Shown in pieces: positions 60,461 through 64,000 of a stretch of DNA of 64,000 nucleotides. The position numbers and the translations under genes are program-made. How positions within the stretch are numbered: the first letter of the stretch is position 1; each line of letters begins with the position of its first letter. Below the pieces are notes generated by a model, which saw nothing but the letters and a program-made list of their open reading frames with translations, was not told the DNA's origin and ran no database searches. Source of the stretch: Acidobacteriota bacterium (GTDB taxonomy: Bacteria; Acidobacteriota; Thermoanaerobaculia; Gp7-AA8); contig JAFATB010000023.1 of assembly GCA_019244185.1 (NCBI GenBank), forward strand, positions 384,001-448,000, given 5' to 3'.

Positions 60461-61762
60461 ATGACCCCGACCCGCAGCGCGGAACCGTATGACTATGACT
60501 TTGCGATCGCCGGCGGCGGACCGGCGGGCTGCGCGACCGCGATCCGGCTGCGGGAACACGGGCATTCGGTGGTGCTGCTCGAGCGCGACACGTTCCCGCG
60601 TTTTCACATCGGCGAGTCGCTGCTGTCGACGGCGAACGACGCATTCGTGACGCTCGGCGTCGCGGAACGCATCGCCGCGGCAGGCTTTCCGGAGAAGTGG
60701 GGCGCGCGGCTCGTGACGCACGACGGCAAGAGCGGGCGCGGCGTGAACTTCGGGACGGTCCGCGAGGTGCGGCGTCCGCAGACGTATCAGGTGTCGCGCG
60801 CGGAGTTCGACATGATCCTGCTCGACCGCGCGCGCGAAGTCGGCGCCGAGGTGCGCGAAGGCGTGCGCGTGACCGGCTGCGAGTTCACGCGCGACGCGGC
60901 GCACGTCGACTATGCCGACGAAGGCAGCCCGGGACGTCTGCGCGTGCGCGCGCTCGTCGATGCGACGGGGCGCAATGGCTTGCTCGCGCGCAAGTTCGAT
61001 CTGCGCGCCGACGAGCCGCTGCTCGCGAACATCGCGATCTATTCGCACTACAAGAAGGTGCCGCGGCTCGCCGACGGCTGTCCGAACGACATCCGCATCA
61101 TCGCGCGGGAAGACGCCGGCTGGTTCTGGTTCATCCCCATCTCGGACGAGCTGACGAGCGTTGGCGTCGTGCTGCCGCAGTCGCTCTTTCTGGCGATGGA
61201 GGAAGCGACGCCGGAAGAGCGTTTCGACCGCACGCTGCGCGACACGATGGCGGTGGCGGAGCTGATGCGCGACGCGGAGCGGGCGTGGCCGGTGCGCGTG
61301 GAGAAAGACTTCTCGTACAGCGCATCAAAGTACGCGGGCGAGCGCTGGATTCTCGCCGGCGACGCGGGTTCGTTCCTCGATCCGGTGTTCTCGACCGGCG
61401 TCTCGATCGCGCTCGAGTCGGGGATCGAGGCGGCCGACGAGCTCGATCGCGCGCGGAAGACGAACGACTTTTCGGAGAAGCGCTTCGCCGCGTTCTCGCG
61501 CCGGCAGAAGAAGCGCTTCGAGATCTTCCGCCGCTTCGTCATCGGCTTCTACACGCCCGAGTTCCGCGACCTCTTCTTCCAGCCCGATCCGCCGCCGACG
61601 CTGTTCCGCTCCGTCACGACGGTGCTCGCCGGCCGCTGGGACCCGAGCCTGCGCATGCGTTTGCTCAACCGCGTCTTCTTCGCGCTCGTCGCGGTGCAGA
61701 AGCGCTTCGCCATCGCGCAGCGCGCGTTCCGCCGCGACGCGGGCGCCGGCTATCCGCGCTGA
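60461..61762 (+). CDS. Flavin-dependent halogenase-like FAD oxidoreductase
   Basis: GGGPAG, FPRFHIGESL, GFPEKWG, WFWFIP (WxWxIP), GDAGSFLDPVFSTGV. Confidence 0.8.
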   Translation: MTPTRSAEPYDYDFAIAGGGPAGCATAIRLREHGHSVVLLERDTFPRFHIGESLLSTANDAFVTLGVAERIAAAGFPEKWGARLVTHDGKSGRGVNFGTVREVRRPQTYQVSRAEFDMILLDRAREVGAEVREGVRVTGCEFTRDAAHVDYADEGSPGRLRVRALVDATGRNGLLARKFDLRADEPLLANIAIYSHYKKVPRLADGCPNDIRIIAREDAGWFWFIPISDELTSVGVVLPQSLFLAMEEATPEERFDRTLRDTMAVAELMRDAERAWPVRVEKDFSYSASKYAGERWILAGDAGSFLDPVFSTGVSIALESGIEAADELDRARKTNDFSEKRFAAFSRRQKKRFEIFRRFVIGFYTPEFRDLFFQPDPPPTLFRSVTTVLAGRWDPSLRMRLLNRVFFALVAVQKRFAIAQRAFRRDAGAGYPR

Positions 61763-63019
61763 TCACAGCTGACGCTTCGCCAGCGCGCTCACGCGGTCGC
61801 GGAGTTTGTGCGCGAGCGAGCGCTCGTTCCAGCGCGCAAGCGTCCACGGATCGGCGTCGATGAGATCTGCCTCGAACGCGCGCACGAGCTCCTGTGCGAC
61901 GTTCTCGTCGTAGATCGCGACCGTGATCTCGTCGTTGATGTTGAACGAGCGCGGATCGAAGTTCGTCGAGCCGATCGTGCACCACGCGCGGTCGACGATC
62001 ATCACCTTCTGATGCATGCCCGAGCGCGTGTACTCGTGGATCGACGCGCCGGCCTGCAGCAGCGGCCCGTACGCGTAGTGGCTGGTGTGCTGCACGATCG
62101 GGAAGTCGCTCGTGGCGGACGTCGGCAGCATCAGACGCACGACGACGCCGCGGGCGCACGCGGCGCGGATCAGCTGCACGGCGTGGCGGTCGGGGACGAA
62201 GTACGGGTTCTGCAGGATCAGCTCGCGCTTTGCCGACGCGATGGCGAGGTAGTAGAGACGCTTGACGGCGCTGCTCGTCTCCGGCGGAGCGAGATACGCG
62301 ACGTGCAGCGGCGTCGAGCCCGCGCGCGGCAGCTCGGGAAAGTACGCGCGGCCGGTGAGCGCGCGGCGGCGGATCTTGAGCCAGTTGTCGAGAAACGCCG
62401 TCTGCAGCTCGTTGACCACAGGACCTTCGAAGCGCGCGGCCGTGTCGCGCCAGCCTTGCGGCTGATCGGCGGACGGACCCCACATGTCCGCGACGCCGTG
62501 GCCGAACGTGTAGCCGATGCGGCCGTCGATGATCGCGATCTTGCGATGGTCGCGGTTGTTGTACCAGCCCAGTTCGCGGAAACGCGCGCGGTGATACACG
62601 CGGAAGTCGACGCCGGCATCGCGCAGCGTGCGCCACACCAAAGGCGAGGTCGTGATCGCGCCGCGATGGTCGACGAGCACGCGCACTTCGATGCCTTCGC
62701 GTGCTCTCGCGGTCAGCGCGGCGACGATGCGATCGGAGACGAAGCCGTTCTGCCAGAGGAACGTCTCGAGATGCACGTGATGCGTCGCGGCGGCGACGTC
62801 GTCGAGGAGCGCGTCGAAGAAGGCGCTGTTCTGCACGATCGTGACGCGGTTGCCTTCGATGACGCGGCCCCACGTCAGTCCCGCGAACGAGCGCATGAGC
62901 GCGTGCGCGTCTTCATCGGGCGGCACCGGCAGCTCGATGTGACGGCGCCGCGTGCGCGCCCACAAGAGGAACGCGACGACGACGGCGGCAATCGTGACGA
63001 GAGCGAAGGCGGCGCGCAT
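61763..63019 (-). CDS. cls: Cardiolipin synthase-like phospholipase D family protein
   Basis: Two HKD motifs (DHRKIAIID, MHQKVMIVD), NPYFVP, IGSTNFDPRS, N-terminal TM. Confidence 0.85.
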   Translation of the reverse strand: MRAAFALVTIAAVVVAFLLWARTRRRHIELPVPPDEDAHALMRSFAGLTWGRVIEGNRVTIVQNSAFFDALLDDVAAATHHVHLETFLWQNGFVSDRIVAALTARAREGIEVRVLVDHRGAITTSPLVWRTLRDAGVDFRVYHRARFRELGWYNNRDHRKIAIIDGRIGYTFGHGVADMWGPSADQPQGWRDTAARFEGPVVNELQTAFLDNWLKIRRRALTGRAYFPELPRAGSTPLHVAYLAPPETSSAVKRLYYLAIASAKRELILQNPYFVPDRHAVQLIRAACARGVVVRLMLPTSATSDFPIVQHTSHYAYGPLLQAGASIHEYTRSGMHQKVMIVDRAWCTIGSTNFDPRSFNINDEITVAIYDENVAQELVRAFEADLIDADPWTLARWNERSLAHKLRDRVSALAKRQL

Positions 63020-63067
63020 GCGCGCGTCGCTGTTCTGCAAGTTCTGCGCGCTGGCGCGAGTTCAGCA

Positions 63068-63310
63068 ATGGCCACGCGCGTGGCCAAGCGGAAACGGAGC
63101 CCCGCGCCGTACTGGCTCGACTCCCGCGAGCGCACCTGCAGCACCTGCGGGCAGACGCACGCGTATGCGGTCGAGGCGCGTTGTCTGGAATGTGATCGAC
63201 CGTTCTGCCCGCTTTGCGTCATCATCGTGCGCAACGAAGTCTTGTGCTCCGACTGCCACGGCAAAGGAGGGACGTCGCGATGGCGGCGCGCGCGATCTGG
63301 AAAGGCATAG
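63068..63310 (+). CDS. 80-aa protein with four CxxC pairs (double zinc finger-like)
   Basis: CSTC, CLEC, CPLC, CSDC; the 3' end of ORF 61808..63310, read from ATG 63068. Confidence 0.7.
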   Translation: MATRVAKRKRSPAPYWLDSRERTCSTCGQTHAYAVEARCLECDRPFCPLCVIIVRNEVLCSDCHGKGGTSRWRRARSGKA

Positions 63311-64000
63311 TCCACGTGGGCACGCTGCAGGTGCCGGTGAAGTTGTATTCGGCCGTGCAGGATCATTCGATCCGCTTCCGCCTGCTGCACAAGACCGATC
63401 ACGCCCCGGTCAAGCAGCAGCTCGTCAGCAGCGTGAGCGGCGACGTCGTCACGTACGAGTCGGTGCGCAAGGCGTTCCCCATCGCGCGCGGACGCATGGT
63501 CATGCTCGCGGCCGAGGAGCTCGAGAAGCTGACGCCGGAAGAGTCGCGTGACATCGAAGTCGCGCGCTTCGTCGACAGCGGCGCGATCGATCATCGCTGG
63601 TACGAGCGCGCCTACTACCTCGGGCCCGACGGCAATGAGCGCGCGTACGCCGCGGCCGCCGAGGCGATGGAGAAGAAGCAGAAGGAAGGGTTGGCGAAGT
63701 GGGTCATGCGCGGCAAGTCGTACGTCGGCGCGCTGCGCGCGGAAGACGGCTACCTGATGCTCATCGCGCTGCGCCACGCGGAAGAAGTCATCGACGCGGC
63801 CGCGCTCACGCCGCCGACGGGACGTCCGCTCGCGGAGCGCGAGCTCGAGATGGCCGAGCAGCTCCTTTCCGCGCTGCACGGCGCGTTCGATCCGGCGCAG
63901 TTCCACGACGAATACCGCGCGCGCGTCATCGACCTCGTCGAGACGAAGGCCGCCGGCAAGAAGCCGAAGATCGCGAAGTTCCAGCCGCGCAAGACGAAGG
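63280..64000 (+). CDS. ku: NHEJ DNA end-binding protein Ku; 3'-truncated by window edge, absent from ORF track
   Basis: AAAGGAGG RBS; MAARAIWKG...VPVKLYSAV...IRFRLLH...WYERAYYLGP...FDPAQFHDEYR. Confidence 0.93.
   Translation, partial: MAARAIWKGIVHVGTLQVPVKLYSAVQDHSIRFRLLHKTDHAPVKQQLVSSVSGDVVTYESVRKAFPIARGRMVMLAAEELEKLTPEESRDIEVARFVDSGAIDHRWYERAYYLGPDGNERAYAAAAEAMEKKQKEGLAKWVMRGKSYVGALRAEDGYLMLIALRHAEEVIDAAALTPPTGRPLAERELEMAEQLLSALHGAFDPAQFHDEYRARVIDLVETKAAGKKPKIAKFQPRKTK

Noticed and set aside
63052-63067. TGGCGC-N-GC sigma54-like motif before the zinc-finger/ku genes
   Set aside because: The GC lies 1 nt from the ATG, leaving no room for a transcription start, and the -12 TT is missing

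Overview
High-GC, densely packed chromosomal window of about 65 genes. Gene content and the KRRSV-type secreted-protein motif suggest Acidobacteriota, class Thermoanaerobaculia (inference). Housekeeping genes dominate: tag, fabF-acpP, dacB, guaB, trmJ, ligA, can, a CIRCE-preceded hrcA-grpE-dnaK-dnaJ operon, ppa-prmA, gltA, rsmE, ampG, mscL, an alpha-2-macroglobulin/pbpC pair, a cls-like PLD and a 3'-truncated Ku. There are also two GGDEF-EAL proteins. I found no rRNA, tRNA, CRISPR array, integrase or transposase. Best candidates for undescribed biology: (1) an orphan DUF4157/eCIS-core protein with a broken HExxH motif, a GNAT-like middle domain and a CFI-box tail; (2) a lower-GC toxin-antitoxin-like two-gene cassette behind dnaJ; (3) a flavin halogenase-like gene head-to-head with a ClC chloride transporter across 34 bp; (4) an 8-Cys microprotein overlapping the Ku start, and an unannotated 54-aa Cys/His microprotein; (5) dispersed GAAYGMA heptamer arrays forming long palindromes; (6) a window-wide TANNNT -10 box 5-9 nt before start codons, suggesting leaderless mRNAs. 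Two genes (an amidohydrolase and a membrane-anchored ECF sigma factor) carry single frameshifts that may be assembly errors. All family calls come from motif recognition, not database searches.
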